Notes under the pieces: generated by a model
What the model was told of the DNA's origin: nothing
What the model saw: only the letters and a program-made list of their open reading frames with translations
Database searches by the model: none
Made by a program: the position numbers and the translations under genes
DNA from: Myxococcales bacterium
Lineage (GTDB): Bacteria; Myxococcota_A; Polyangia; Palsa-1104; JAEUJZ01
Direction of reading: 5' to 3'
DNA length: 64,000 nt
NCBI GenBank assembly: GCA_016794505.1
Contig: JAEUJZ010000049.1
Span: 136 to 64,135, forward strand
Shown: piece by piece, positions 52,210 to 62,389 of the stretch
Numbering within the stretch: the first letter of the stretch is position 1
How the letters are laid out: each line of letters starts with the position of its first letter

Positions 52210-52568
52210 TGAACCGCGTCGCCAGCAAGCCCCATCCCCGCAGCAAGACCCCACGCATCGTCGCCACGTTAGACTTGGCAAGCGAAGACCAGCGACGACT
52301 TCACGATCTGCTACACCGCTTCCACTCTGGCCGCTGGCCGCTGTTTCGGTGCCTGGGAATGCGACAGATCAACGGCGTGCTCTGTGAAGCCGTGGAGTGG
52401 CTACGGGTGGCCAAGCCCAGTTTTGGCGTGGTGACGTGGCGATCGGACGGGCTCGGGCTGTCGTGGCGCGATGCAGGGAGCGCCCAGGAGGCCAAGGTCA
52501 ATCTCATGCGCAGCGCGGCGAAGGCAGCCTCAGCGACGGTCGGAATAAAAAATGGAATAAAAGTATAG
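52210..52568 (+). CDS. hypothetical protein (first gene of rightward operon)
   Basis: SD gagggagg, 6 nt, then ATG at 52210; no recognisable motifs. Confidence 0.4.
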
Positions 52569-52636
52569 CCAGTAGGTAAACCTCGTGGTACTGACTCCTC
52601 AGTTTTCCTGGTTCACAGGTTACGCGAGGAGTATCG

Positions 52637-53257
52637 ATGCTTTATACCAAGGACCAAGTCGCCGAAATTGTCGCCCCCCATGTCCATAATCTCAGGGAGT
52701 GCGTCAATGGCGGCTGGTGTCAGTACCGCCGTGACTATTCAGCAGAACTCAGAAAAGTTCACTCAGCGCGGGCCAGGGCATCCGTCGTCCATGATCACAT
52801 TGTCCAGACTGCCGTGCGGAATCTGGAGGGCGTGCCTGGTATCAGAGTCCCTCTCTATCATTCTGGGCGTCCACTGCTGATTGAGATCGACAAAAAACTG
52901 ACGGTGCGATTTAAGAAACTCGACAACGAACGCCGTCCGCGAAACATCATGACCAGGCAGCAGCGCGGGCTCCTTGCCCAAGCCACCCTGCCACACATAG
53001 AAGGCACCATGCATCTTGTGGTCGGCTATGAGCTGGACCAGTTGCAACAGAATATCGCGCATATTTCGTTGCTCTGCCCTCATCCCACTAGGCTCTCTCC
53101 GCTATGGGATTTGCCACTCGATGACCGACTGAATGGCTTTGATAGCATGCCGCTGTTTACACACGCTACCCAAGCCCAGGATAACCCGGCGAATCTTATT
53201 ACCATTCGTCCTGATGCTGCTCGGAAGGAGGGGCGCGAACGCAATGGAAACAAATAG
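52637..53257 (+). CDS. hypothetical protein (206 aa), lower-GC DNA
   Basis: ORF overlaps the downstream gene start by 14 bp; no recognisable motifs. Confidence 0.45.
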   Translation: MLYTKDQVAEIVAPHVHNLRECVNGGWCQYRRDYSAELRKVHSARARASVVHDHIVQTAVRNLEGVPGIRVPLYHSGRPLLIEIDKKLTVRFKKLDNERRPRNIMTRQQRGLLAQATLPHIEGTMHLVVGYELDQLQQNIAHISLLCPHPTRLSPLWDLPLDDRLNGFDSMPLFTHATQAQDNPANLITIRPDAARKEGRERNGNK

Positions 53258-54314
53258 CGTCAACTACAAGATGGTCACACTTGCGCGTCAATCACGCGGA
53301 TTGACACAGAGCGAAATGGCAGAGCGTCTCGGTGTTACTCAAAGCAAGTTATCCAAGATTGAAGGGGGTCTTCTGAGTGTTTCCGGTGACATGCTGACTG
53401 GATTCAGCAAACTTCTGGACTATCCGGTCAGCTTCTTTATGCGACAAGATGAAATCTATGGCATTGGCTCAAGCCTGTTGTTTCATCGGAAACGGGAGAA
53501 TGTACCAGCCAAAACTCTCGATTGCATGCATGCGATGATCAACATTCGACGAATTGAGATATCGCGAATGTTGCTCTCGCTGAATCCTCCGCCATGCAAG
53601 GTTAAAAGGCTTCTAATTGATGAGTTCGACGGTAACGTCGAACGCATCGCCGCGATTGTGCGCGACGCATGGATGCTACCCAGGGGCCCTGTGGATAATT
53701 TAACGCGGCGCATTGAGTCTGCCGGTGGGATAATAATCAAATGCAATTTGGGAACCAGGCAGATTGACGCAATAGGACATTGGCCGCCGGCCATGCCGCC
53801 CATGATATTTGTTAATCAGGATATTCCAGCAGATCGTTATCGCTTCACTGTCGCTCATGAGCTTGGGCATCTTGTGATGCACGATTCACCAAACCCAGAC
53901 ATGGAGGCTCAGGCAGATCGGTTTGCGGCCGAGTTCCTGATGCCGACTGAGCAAATACTACCTGATTTGTATAATATCACTCTGCCGAAGTTGGCGGAGT
54001 TGAAGGCGTACTGGAAAGTGGCCATGAGTTCGCTATTAAGAAAGGCGCGCGATTGTAATCGCATTTCCCAAAACCAGTACAAATACCTTACGATCCAGAT
54101 GTCCAAAATGGGTTATCGGACAAGCGAGCCTGTTATTTTGCCATCCGAGGAACCCACCGTGCTGGATGGTCTTACCCAATTACATTTAACATCATTGGGC
54201 TACTCCATTGATGAATTGACGCGGATAATGGATCTTAATAAGGAGGAATGCACATCTATTTATGTCCGACCGACTCAGCCGCGCCAAGGAACAGGTCATT
54301 TGCGGCTGGTTTGA
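53244..54314 (+). CDS. XRE-HTH fused to an ImmA/IrrE-family (COG2856, DUF955) zinc metallopeptidase
   Basis: N-terminal HTH LARQSRGLTQSEMAERLGVTQSKLSKIE; HEXXH motif TVAHELGHLVMH; SD ggaaggagggg before the ATG. Confidence 0.8.
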   Translation: METNSVNYKMVTLARQSRGLTQSEMAERLGVTQSKLSKIEGGLLSVSGDMLTGFSKLLDYPVSFFMRQDEIYGIGSSLLFHRKRENVPAKTLDCMHAMINIRRIEISRMLLSLNPPPCKVKRLLIDEFDGNVERIAAIVRDAWMLPRGPVDNLTRRIESAGGIIIKCNLGTRQIDAIGHWPPAMPPMIFVNQDIPADRYRFTVAHELGHLVMHDSPNPDMEAQADRFAAEFLMPTEQILPDLYNITLPKLAELKAYWKVAMSSLLRKARDCNRISQNQYKYLTIQMSKMGYRTSEPVILPSEEPTVLDGLTQLHLTSLGYSIDELTRIMDLNKEECTSIYVRPTQPRQGTGHLRLV

Positions 54315-54323
54315 CGAGGCATT

Positions 54324-55281
54324 GGCCCGACCAGTGAACTCTAACATTAGAGGTTGACATGCTAGAGCGGTCTGGTATGTTTCTCGGCATGAACAAGCTC
54401 GATTCCGCCAAGCGCTGCCAAGTTTTGAAGGCTCTCGTCGAGGGCTGCTCAGTGAACTCGACGGCGCGGCTGACGGATGTGTCGGTGCCGACGATTCTGA
54501 AGCTGCTTGTCGATGCTGGCGAGGCTTGCGCCGAGACGCACGATTACATGGTGCGTGATGTGAAGTCCCGTCGCGTGCAGGCTGACGAGATTTGGTCGTT
54601 CGTCGGGAAGAAGGCCAAGAACACCGACGAGACCGATCGCGCTTGCGGTATGGGCGATGCGTGGGTCTGGACGGGGATGGATGCGGACAGCAAGTTGATC
54701 GTCTCGTACCTCGTCGGCGGTCGCGATGCCGAGTGCGCCAAAGAGTTCATCATCGACCTGGCCTCGCGCCTCAAGAGCCGCGTGCAACTCACGACGGACG
54801 GCCTCAAGGTCTACGTGGATGCAGTCGAGTACGCTTTCGGCGCCGACGTGGACTACGCGCAGCTTGTGAAGTCGTACACCTCGGTTATCGAAGGCCAGAA
54901 GCGCTACAGCCCGGCGCAGTGCTGCGGAGCAGTCAAAAGCACCGTGACCGGCAGCCCTGACCATGCGCACGTCAACACGTCGTACAGCGAGCGCTTGAAC
55001 CTGACGATCCGCATGCAGGACCGTCGCTTCACCCGCCTAACCAACGCGTTCTCGAAGAAGCTCGCGAACCACGTCGCCTCGGTTCACCTGCACAACTTCT
55101 TCTACAACTTCTGCCGCATCCACAAGACGCTGCGCACCACTCCCGCCATGGCCGCTGGCATCACCGATCGCGTGTGGGGCGTAGAAGACATCATCGCGAT
55201 CATGGAGAAGCGGGAAGCCCCGGTCGCGAAGCCAAGCGGCCTAGTTCCTGTCCGTCGGAAGTCGGCCTAATTGGTCGGACA
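54324..55281 (+). mobile_element. compact IS element (single DDE transposase ORF 54359-55270, IS1/IS1595-like) with short imperfect terminal inverted repeats
   Basis: 303-aa transposase-like ORF (DEIWSFVGKK...TDG...YSERLNLTIRMQDRRFTRLTNAFSKK); 7-bp inverted repeat ccgacca/tggtcgg at 54327-54333 and 55272-55278. Confidence 0.55.
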
Positions 55282-55306
55282 AGGAAAGTTGAGCACTACC
55301 GCGAAA

Positions 55307-56782
55307 TCAGGTGCCACAGAACGTTCGATACGCGCCGAAGCTCGACGGTGGAGGCTCGGCATACTCGGCGTGCATCGGCTGGTCCGCGTAGGGGGCGGAA
55401 AGCACCTGAGCCAAGCGCTCAAATGCACGGAGATCGCCGTTTCGCACCGCTTGTTCAAGCGCATGCTCGACGCGGTGGTTGCGCGGAATAAAGGCCGGAT
55501 TGACAGCACGCATGGCCTGCGCTCGCTCGGCCGGTGAGCCTGCTTCGTGCGCACAGCGCGCCTGCCAGCGCTGCAGCCACTTGCTAAAGCGCGCGGGGTC
55601 ATGGAACTGGCAGCGTAGATCCTCTGCATCCGCCCCGCCTGCGACGGCTGCGAGGCGACGAAAGGTGCAGGTGAAGTCCGCTGCGCTGCGGTGCATGTGG
55701 TCGAGCAGATCCTGCACCAGCGCATCATCGCCGGGCTGCTCGCTTGTCAGCCCCAGCTTCGTGCGCATCCCGGAAAGCCAGCGCGCTGCAAACCGCGTTT
55801 CAAACTGGCCTAGGTGTTCGGTGGCGAGGGCGATGGCGCGGCTGCGATCGGGATCGAAAAGCGGCAGCAGCGTCTCGGCCAAGCGCGCAAGATTCCACAG
55901 CGCAATCGGCGCCTGGTTGGCATAGGCATAGCGCCCGCCTTCATCGATCGAGCTGAACACCGTGCCCGGATCGTAGGCATCCATGAAGGCACACGGGCCA
56001 AAGTCGATCGTCTCGCCCGAGATCGCCATGTTGTCGGTGTTCATGACGCCATGGATGAAGCCAACCAGCAGCCAGCGCGCGACCAGATCGATCTGCCGAT
56101 CCATAACCGCATCGAGCAGCGCCAGATACGGCTGCTCGGCAGAAACCAGCGCGGGATCGTGGCGCAGAAGCACATAGTCGGCGAGCCGCTTGACGTCGGC
56201 GGGCTCGGCGTGACGCGCGAAGAACTGAAACGTTCCGACGCGAATGTGGCTCTGCGCAACGCGGGTGAACACCGCTCCCGGTAAGACAGACTCGCGATAG
56301 ACCGGCTCGCCCGTCGCGACGGCGGCTAGAGCGCGCGTCGTGGGAATGCCCAGGGCGTGCATCGCTTCGCTGATCAGGTACTCGCGCAGGACGGGACCCA
56401 GCGCGGCTCGCCCGTCGCCGCGGCGTGAAAACGGCGTCTGCCCCGCGCCTTTTAGCTGGATGTCACGACGCTGCCCGGCACGATCGCGGACCTCACCGAG
56501 TAGGATGGCGCGCCCGTCGCCAAGCTGCGGCACAAAGTGGCCGAACTGATGCCCGGCATAGGCGAGCGCAATCGGCTCGGCATCGCTGGGCAGCGCGCAG
56601 CCAGAAAAGATCGCGGCTCCGTGCGTGGCTTGCAGCGCGCGTGCATCCAGACCTAGCTCGTCGCACAGCGCATGGTTGAGCTTGAGCAGCGTGGGCGCTC
56701 GCACGCGGCTGGGCGCGACCTTGGCATAGAAGCCGGGCAGCGCCCGCGCATAGCTGTGTTCAAAACCAAACGAGATGCTCAT
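55307..56782 (-). CDS. selO: protein adenylyltransferase SelO (YdiU/UPF0061)
   Basis: GHQFG...QLGDGRA..LGE...QLKGAGQTPFSRRGDGRAALGPVLREYLISEAMHALGIPTTRAL hallmark. Confidence 0.9.
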   Translation of the reverse strand: MSISFGFEHSYARALPGFYAKVAPSRVRAPTLLKLNHALCDELGLDARALQATHGAAIFSGCALPSDAEPIALAYAGHQFGHFVPQLGDGRAILLGEVRDRAGQRRDIQLKGAGQTPFSRRGDGRAALGPVLREYLISEAMHALGIPTTRALAAVATGEPVYRESVLPGAVFTRVAQSHIRVGTFQFFARHAEPADVKRLADYVLLRHDPALVSAEQPYLALLDAVMDRQIDLVARWLLVGFIHGVMNTDNMAISGETIDFGPCAFMDAYDPGTVFSSIDEGGRYAYANQAPIALWNLARLAETLLPLFDPDRSRAIALATEHLGQFETRFAARWLSGMRTKLGLTSEQPGDDALVQDLLDHMHRSAADFTCTFRRLAAVAGGADAEDLRCQFHDPARFSKWLQRWQARCAHEAGSPAERAQAMRAVNPAFIPRNHRVEHALEQAVRNGDLRAFERLAQVLSAPYADQPMHAEYAEPPPSSFGAYRTFCGT

Positions 56783-56822
56783 TGTGACCTAGATCCCTGA
56801 TGCTGCTGTGCGCTCTGCGGCG

Positions 56823-58106
56823 TCATAAGGGCCTGGCAGATCGCAACAGTGGATGGATGGGCGTGGCAGCCTGACCTGAAAGCGCCGCAGCCAGCTGCGC
56901 CAGGCTTTCCAGGTTGTGAACGGGGCGGAATTCGTCGACGTGCGGCAGCATCGCGACGATGCCTTGAGCGCGCGGGGCAAAGCCGGCAAAGCCAAGCAGT
57001 GGATTCAGCCACACCAAGCGCCGGCAGGATCGCCGCAAGCGCGCTGTCTCGGCGGCCAGATCAACGGTGTTTTCGGGCTCGGGCTCGCGTTCTAGACCGT
57101 CGGTGATCAGCAGCACGATGGCCCCCTGCGACAGCACGCGACGCGACCAGGATTGGTTGAATTCGCGCAGGCATGCCCCCAGCCGCGTGCCGCCACCCCA
57201 GTCCTTCACGTTCTGGCCGCAGCGGGCCAGCGAGCGCTCGATGTCGCGACCGCGCAGCCAGCGCGTGGCATTGGAAAGCCGCGTGCCCAACAGAAAACAC
57301 TGCACGCGGCGACGCGCTTGCATCAGCGTGTGGACAAAGCGCAGCAGCATTTCGGTGTACCGGTTCATCGATCCGCTGATATCGCAGAGCACGACCAGCG
57401 GCGGTGGCTGCGTGACCGGGCCGGCAAAGCACAGCGGCAGCGACTGGCCGAACGTGCGTAGGCTCTGCCGCAGAGTCTGTCGCAGATCCAGCCGCGTTCC
57501 CGTTCCGCGATGCCGCACGGGCCGCATGCGTCGCGTCGGCAGCGCATCCAGGGCAAAGCGCAGTCGCGAAAGCAGCAGGCGTGCTTCGGCAAGCTCGGCA
57601 GCAGACATGTCGGCGAAGTCGCGCTGGCGCAAGATCTCTAGGCTCGATGCGGTCTCGCTGGCGTCGAGCTCGACTTGATCCTCAGGGGATGCGGCCGGGC
57701 GCTTTTTCGGCGGCATGCGCGCAGGCGGGCTCGGCATGGCTTCGGCCACGCGGCGCGCGATCGGATCGGCGCGGTCCTGCGGAAACGGGCTCTGCGGCAG
57801 CAGCATGGACAGCGCAGCGCGCAGATCGTCATGGCCTTGGAAAAACAGCTGAAACGCCTGATCGAACAGGGCCAGATCTTCCTGCCGGCGCACAAACAGC
57901 GATCGCAGGCAGGCGCGCACGTCGTGCCGCAGCGACAGATCAATGAGCGGCAGCGCCTGCAGCGCAGCGACGACACTGGCTGGCCCAATGACCAGGCCCG
58001 CGGCCCGCAGCGTTCGCGCGAACAGCACGATGTTTTCGGCCAAGCAGCCGGTGTCCGCGGCGAGCGCGGGCGGGGCCGGCGAAAACGACGCGCGATCAGC
58101 GACCAT
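56823..58106 (-). CDS. VWA-domain protein (CoxE-like)
   Basis: MIDAS-like DISGSM plus TDG; start placed at MVADRASF. Confidence 0.65.
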   Translation of the reverse strand: MVADRASFSPAPPALAADTGCLAENIVLFARTLRAAGLVIGPASVVAALQALPLIDLSLRHDVRACLRSLFVRRQEDLALFDQAFQLFFQGHDDLRAALSMLLPQSPFPQDRADPIARRVAEAMPSPPARMPPKKRPAASPEDQVELDASETASSLEILRQRDFADMSAAELAEARLLLSRLRFALDALPTRRMRPVRHRGTGTRLDLRQTLRQSLRTFGQSLPLCFAGPVTQPPPLVVLCDISGSMNRYTEMLLRFVHTLMQARRRVQCFLLGTRLSNATRWLRGRDIERSLARCGQNVKDWGGGTRLGACLREFNQSWSRRVLSQGAIVLLITDGLEREPEPENTVDLAAETARLRRSCRRLVWLNPLLGFAGFAPRAQGIVAMLPHVDEFRPVHNLESLAQLAAALSGQAATPIHPLLRSARPL

Positions 58107-58222
58107 GGCTTTCACAATACAGGACCGTGACCAGGTGGTCTGTACGCGGTGCAGTGCGTGGGCTTGATCTTCGCTGCGCATGATTCGCTGCGAGCGAACT
58201 ACTCTGTGACTACGGTGTCGGG

Positions 58223-60472
58223 TTGCAGTCCTTCGGTCCGAACATAGACGCCCTGCTTTCGGCAGGCGATCTGCGCGGCGCTGCAGTCGCGCTGGCCGCG
58301 CAAGGCGAGCTAACGCGTGCGCGCGAGCTGTTCGAGCGCATCGGTGACTGGTCACGCGCCCGCGAGATCGCAAACACCCAAGGGGACCGGCTGAGCGAGC
58401 TGCGGATCGCGCTGCGCTCCGACGATCCGCAACGCGCAAGCGAGCTAGTCGCGGCGCTGCACACGGCCGAGCGTACCCTGAAAGAGCAAGCGGCTGAGCT
58501 GTGCGAGCGAGAGCGAGCCTGGTCGCAGGCTGCGACGCTGCGCTTGGCGCTCCACGACATCGATGCGGCCCTGCGTCTGTTGCAGCGCGCAGGCGATCAC
58601 CTGGCCATCGCTCGAATCAACGAGCAACAAGGGAAGCTGCAGGCCGCCGTGCAGTCCTATCGCGCCTTCTTGGCGGAGCGAGCCGCTGTCGAGCCAGTGG
58701 CAGGGCAGAGCAGCGACGAGTACCTGGCCGCTCTGCGCGGCTGTGCGCGGCTGCTTCTGCGTTCGGGGCAGGCTGAATCGGCGATTCCTCTTCTGCAAGC
58801 CGCCAGGCGATTGCTTCTTTCGGGCGATCGGGATGCGTGGCGAGACGCGCGGCGAGGCGCGCTGAGCGGTGTCGAGTCCGATCTGATGGAGTGCTTTTTC
58901 TCCATCGATGAGCCAGGGCTTGCCGAGCGCGTATTCGCCCAGCACATGCGCTGGCAGACCGACGCACAGCCTGCCGGATCAGCGATCGAGTACCTGCGTC
59001 GCCGGGTGCAGGTGTCCGGGGCAGCGCTGGCCGCGTCGAGAGAACGCCCCCTGTTGCTCGGCCGCTATCGTCTGGGGCGCTTGCTTGGCGCGGGCAGCGT
59101 CGGGCGCGTCTATGAAGCAGAGGATCTGTGCAGCGGTCGTCGTGTGGCGCTCAAGCTCTTGGTCTTGGCGGGATCGAGCTCGGCGCGAGCCAGCGCGCTG
59201 TACGATCGCTTCTGTCGCGAGGCCAAGACGCTGTCGGCGCTGCGTCACCCCAAGCTGGTGCAGATCGAGGCCTTCTTCCCCGCGGCCGGCGTGCTGGCCC
59301 TCGAATACATGGCGGGTGGCGCGGTCCATGACGCGGCACTGCCGCTTTCGCTGGGGCGCGTGCGTCGCCTGCTGCTCGACGTCCTCGACGCGCTTTCCGG
59401 GATGCACGCAGCCTCGGTTCTGCATCGTGACATCAAGCCGCACAACCTGTTCTTCGATGCGCTAGGTGGCGTCAAGCTGGGGGACTTTGGCATCGCTTCG
59501 CTGAAAGACCTGGGCGTCACACAGACCGAAGGGCTCGTCGGCACGCTGGCCTACATGGCTCCCGAGCAGATTCGTGGCGGCGTGCTGACGACGGCCACCG
59601 ATGTCTATGGCTTGGGGGTCACGGCGTATCAGCTAGCGACGGGACGTCTGCCGTTTGCTGGGCCCGATTTTCTGACGCAGCATCTGCACAGCCCTCCGCC
59701 CGATGCGCGAAGTGTCCTGCCCGATCTACCTCAGCCGTGGGCGCTTCTGCTTTTGCGCATGCTGCACAAAGATCCGCACGAGCGCTGCCAGCGGCTCGAC
59801 GCGCTGCGCAGCGAAGTGGCCAAGCTGCCCGTGCCCGAGGGGTTGACGCGGTCGGGTCCTGAGCCGATTCCACCGGCCACGCCAGAGCGACCGGCACCCG
59901 ATGTCACCACCGCGCTGGCTGCGCCGACTGACACCGAGCGCGCCGAGCCCGGCGTGCGCATCGCAGGCACGGCCCACAGCGAAGTGTTTGTCGGCACCGA
60001 CGCGCTGGCTGGCCGAACCGTGCTGCGCGAGCGCTTTGCGTCCGCCCGTTTGCACAGTGATCTGGGGGCAGCTCAGCTGACTTGGCTGCGGCAGCTGGCG
60101 GCGCTGTCCGGGCCTGGGCTGCAGCGCATCTATTCCATTCAGCCGACGGTCGCAGCGCCGAATGGCGAGCGATCTTCAGCTTTGCCAAGCGAGCCAGCGT
60201 TCACCGAGGTCGAGTTCCAGTACATCGATCCGGCAGCGTCTGTGTCCCTGGCCGAGCTATTGCCCCACGAGCGGGCGCAGCTTGGCCGCGTCCTTGCGCG
60301 TCTGCGCCATGCTGGAGTGACGCACGGCAGCGTGCAACGCGCGCTGGCCCGAACCTCTGGCCATATCACGCTGCTTTTGCACGCCTGCGGGCCCCTGTCC
60401 TGGCCTGGCCCCGTCGAGGATCCCGACCTGCTAGAGCCATCTACGATTCCTGAAAAGCCACATAAAGAGTGA
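58223..60472 (+). CDS. Ser/Thr protein kinase with N-terminal TPR-like helical region
   Basis: LGAGSVGRVYEA, HRDIKPHN, DFGIAS, YMAPE. Confidence 0.8.
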   Translation: MQSFGPNIDALLSAGDLRGAAVALAAQGELTRARELFERIGDWSRAREIANTQGDRLSELRIALRSDDPQRASELVAALHTAERTLKEQAAELCERERAWSQAATLRLALHDIDAALRLLQRAGDHLAIARINEQQGKLQAAVQSYRAFLAERAAVEPVAGQSSDEYLAALRGCARLLLRSGQAESAIPLLQAARRLLLSGDRDAWRDARRGALSGVESDLMECFFSIDEPGLAERVFAQHMRWQTDAQPAGSAIEYLRRRVQVSGAALAASRERPLLLGRYRLGRLLGAGSVGRVYEAEDLCSGRRVALKLLVLAGSSSARASALYDRFCREAKTLSALRHPKLVQIEAFFPAAGVLALEYMAGGAVHDAALPLSLGRVRRLLLDVLDALSGMHAASVLHRDIKPHNLFFDALGGVKLGDFGIASLKDLGVTQTEGLVGTLAYMAPEQIRGGVLTTATDVYGLGVTAYQLATGRLPFAGPDFLTQHLHSPPPDARSVLPDLPQPWALLLLRMLHKDPHERCQRLDALRSEVAKLPVPEGLTRSGPEPIPPATPERPAPDVTTALAAPTDTERAEPGVRIAGTAHSEVFVGTDALAGRTVLRERFASARLHSDLGAAQLTWLRQLAALSGPGLQRIYSIQPTVAAPNGERSSALPSEPAFTEVEFQYIDPAASVSLAELLPHERAQLGRVLARLRHAGVTHGSVQRALARTSGHITLLLHACGPLSWPGPVEDPDLLEPSTIPEKPHKE

Positions 60473-60550
60473 TCTCTGTCATGTGATTTTATTTTTATAA
60501 ATCAATATAAATCTAAATTATAGATATAATAAATTATCGAGACTTCGTGC

Positions 60551-62389
60551 TTAGCGCACGGGGCGAATGCGCAGCTTGGGCGTACGCGGGGGCGGTGCCT
60601 TGACCAGCTTGCCGGCCTTGTTTTCGAGGATGTCGAAGGTCTTGCAGACTGAAAGCAGCTCGCGACGGGCTTCTGCGGTGTCGCGGCGCGGATCGGGCAG
60701 CTTGGCTAGGGCTTGGTTGGCGATGCTCAGACGGTCCTTGCGGCAGGCCAGCTGACCGAGCGCGCTCCACAGCTGGGGGTGCGGGTGCTGCGCCAGGGCG
60801 CGGCGCAGCGCTTTGATCGCGTCGTTGGTATCGCCGGCTCGCAGCAGCGCGTCGCTTTGCAGGATGGCTTTGCTGACCTTCGGCGGCAGGGGCGGCGCAG
60901 CAGGCGGCGGCACAGGCTGCGCAGCGACGGGCGGTACAGGTGCAGGGGGAACGGGCGCCGGGCTCGCTGGCACCTGCAGGCGTGGCGGATCGGCTTTGAC
61001 TGGCTCGCGCTTGACGCTCGATCGCCCCAGAAAAAACGGTCCCAGAACACCGCCGACAATCAGGCCCAGCAGCGCTACGGCCGAGACGATGCGGCGCTTC
61101 TTGCCGCGCCGGATCATGAGCGACCACAGCTCTTCGCCGATCTCGCGCTGACGGGTAAACGAGCGCCGCCCTGCCTCGCGCAGCCGTCCCAGCACGCGCT
61201 CTCCCAAGCTGGGTGAGCTGTTGGACGACTGCGAGCTGGGCGATTCCGTGGCGGGCGCGGCGCGGGCCTGGCGCTCGGCGTCCGCGACCTGCGTGTCGGC
61301 GCGCACCGATACCGGCGGCTCCTCGGGGCGCGGCACCACGGCTGCTTCCAGCGTGGCCGCCGTCGCTGCCGCCATGTCCGATGGCGAAGGGGCCGGGGCG
61401 TTCCGCGGCGCGGCCTTGCGCAGATCCAGCTCGAACGACCCTTGATCGGCGATCGATCCCGACAGATCGCGCAGCACGCGCACGACCGCGCTCATGGCGG
61501 GCCGGCGCTCTGGGGTCTTGTCGAGCATGGAATCCACCAGCGTCTGCAGCGACGGACTGCTGCTGGGCACCAGGCTTCCGAGTGGCGGCGCTGGCTCGTA
61601 CATATGCAGCACGATGTACTCGCCGGGATCCTTGGCCAGAAACGGCAGCCGCCCGGCCAGAAGCTCGAACAAGATCGTCCCCAGCGCATAGACATCCGAG
61701 CGATCGGTGGTGTTGCGACTGCTGCGGCACTGCTCGGGCGACATGTACATCGGCGTGCCCATCAGCATGTTGCTGCCGGTGCGCACGCTGTCCATGGCCG
61801 CCTGCAGCTTGGCCAGCCCGAAGTCCAGCACCTTGACGCGCTCGCCTCCCGGCGCCTCGGGCTCAGGAACGATCAAGATGTTTTCCGGCTTGAGGTCGCG
61901 ATGGATGACGCCCTTTTGGTGGGCGGCGGCGAGGGCGGCGGCGATCTGGCGTCCCAGGCGGATGGTATCGGCGCTGCTGAGCTGCTTCTGGCGCTTGAGG
62001 CGCTTGTACAGCGTCTCGCCTTCCAGAAATTCCATGGCCAAAAAGATGGTCCCGTCGGGCTCGCGACCATAGTCGAAGATGCGGACGATGCCGGCGTGCT
62101 CGATGCGGTTGGCGGCGCGGGCTTCGTTGAGAAAGCGCGCCGCGATCTCGTGGTTGGCGGCGTACTCGGGTCGCAGGATCTTCAGGGCCGCGCGACTGCC
62201 GATGTCTTCGCGCGTGGCTTCGTACACGACGGCCATGCCGCCACGGCCGACCTCGCGAACGATCCGATAGTTGCGTATGCGCTGACCCAGCATGAGTGGC
62301 AGACTGCGACCCGTCGACGTTCCCAGGCGCGGCTCCGCGATGGCCGGTGCTCTGCGCGTATCCGTCGAGTAACGGGTTGGGGAGTCCAT
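60551..62389 (-). CDS. Ser/Thr protein kinase with TM segment and C-terminal TPR region; start uncertain (62389 or 62293)
   Basis: VGRGGMAVVYEA, HRDLKPEN, DFGLAK, SPEQ. Confidence 0.8.
   Translation of the reverse strand: MDSPTRYSTDTRRAPAIAEPRLGTSTGRSLPLMLGQRIRNYRIVREVGRGGMAVVYEATREDIGSRAALKILRPEYAANHEIAARFLNEARAANRIEHAGIVRIFDYGREPDGTIFLAMEFLEGETLYKRLKRQKQLSSADTIRLGRQIAAALAAAHQKGVIHRDLKPENILIVPEPEAPGGERVKVLDFGLAKLQAAMDSVRTGSNMLMGTPMYMSPEQCRSSRNTTDRSDVYALGTILFELLAGRLPFLAKDPGEYIVLHMYEPAPPLGSLVPSSSPSLQTLVDSMLDKTPERRPAMSAVVRVLRDLSGSIADQGSFELDLRKAAPRNAPAPSPSDMAAATAATLEAAVVPRPEEPPVSVRADTQVADAERQARAAPATESPSSQSSNSSPSLGERVLGRLREAGRRSFTRQREIGEELWSLMIRRGKKRRIVSAVALLGLIVGGVLGPFFLGRSSVKREPVKADPPRLQVPASPAPVPPAPVPPVAAQPVPPPAAPPLPPKVSKAILQSDALLRAGDTNDAIKALRRALAQHPHPQLWSALGQLACRKDRLSIANQALAKLPDPRRDTAEARRELLSVCKTFDILENKAGKLVKAPPPRTPKLRIRPVR

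Noticed and set aside
54324-55281. Assigning the IS to a specific named family
   Set aside because: The family cannot be confirmed without a database search. Only the generic DDE-transposase/IS call is supported by eye.
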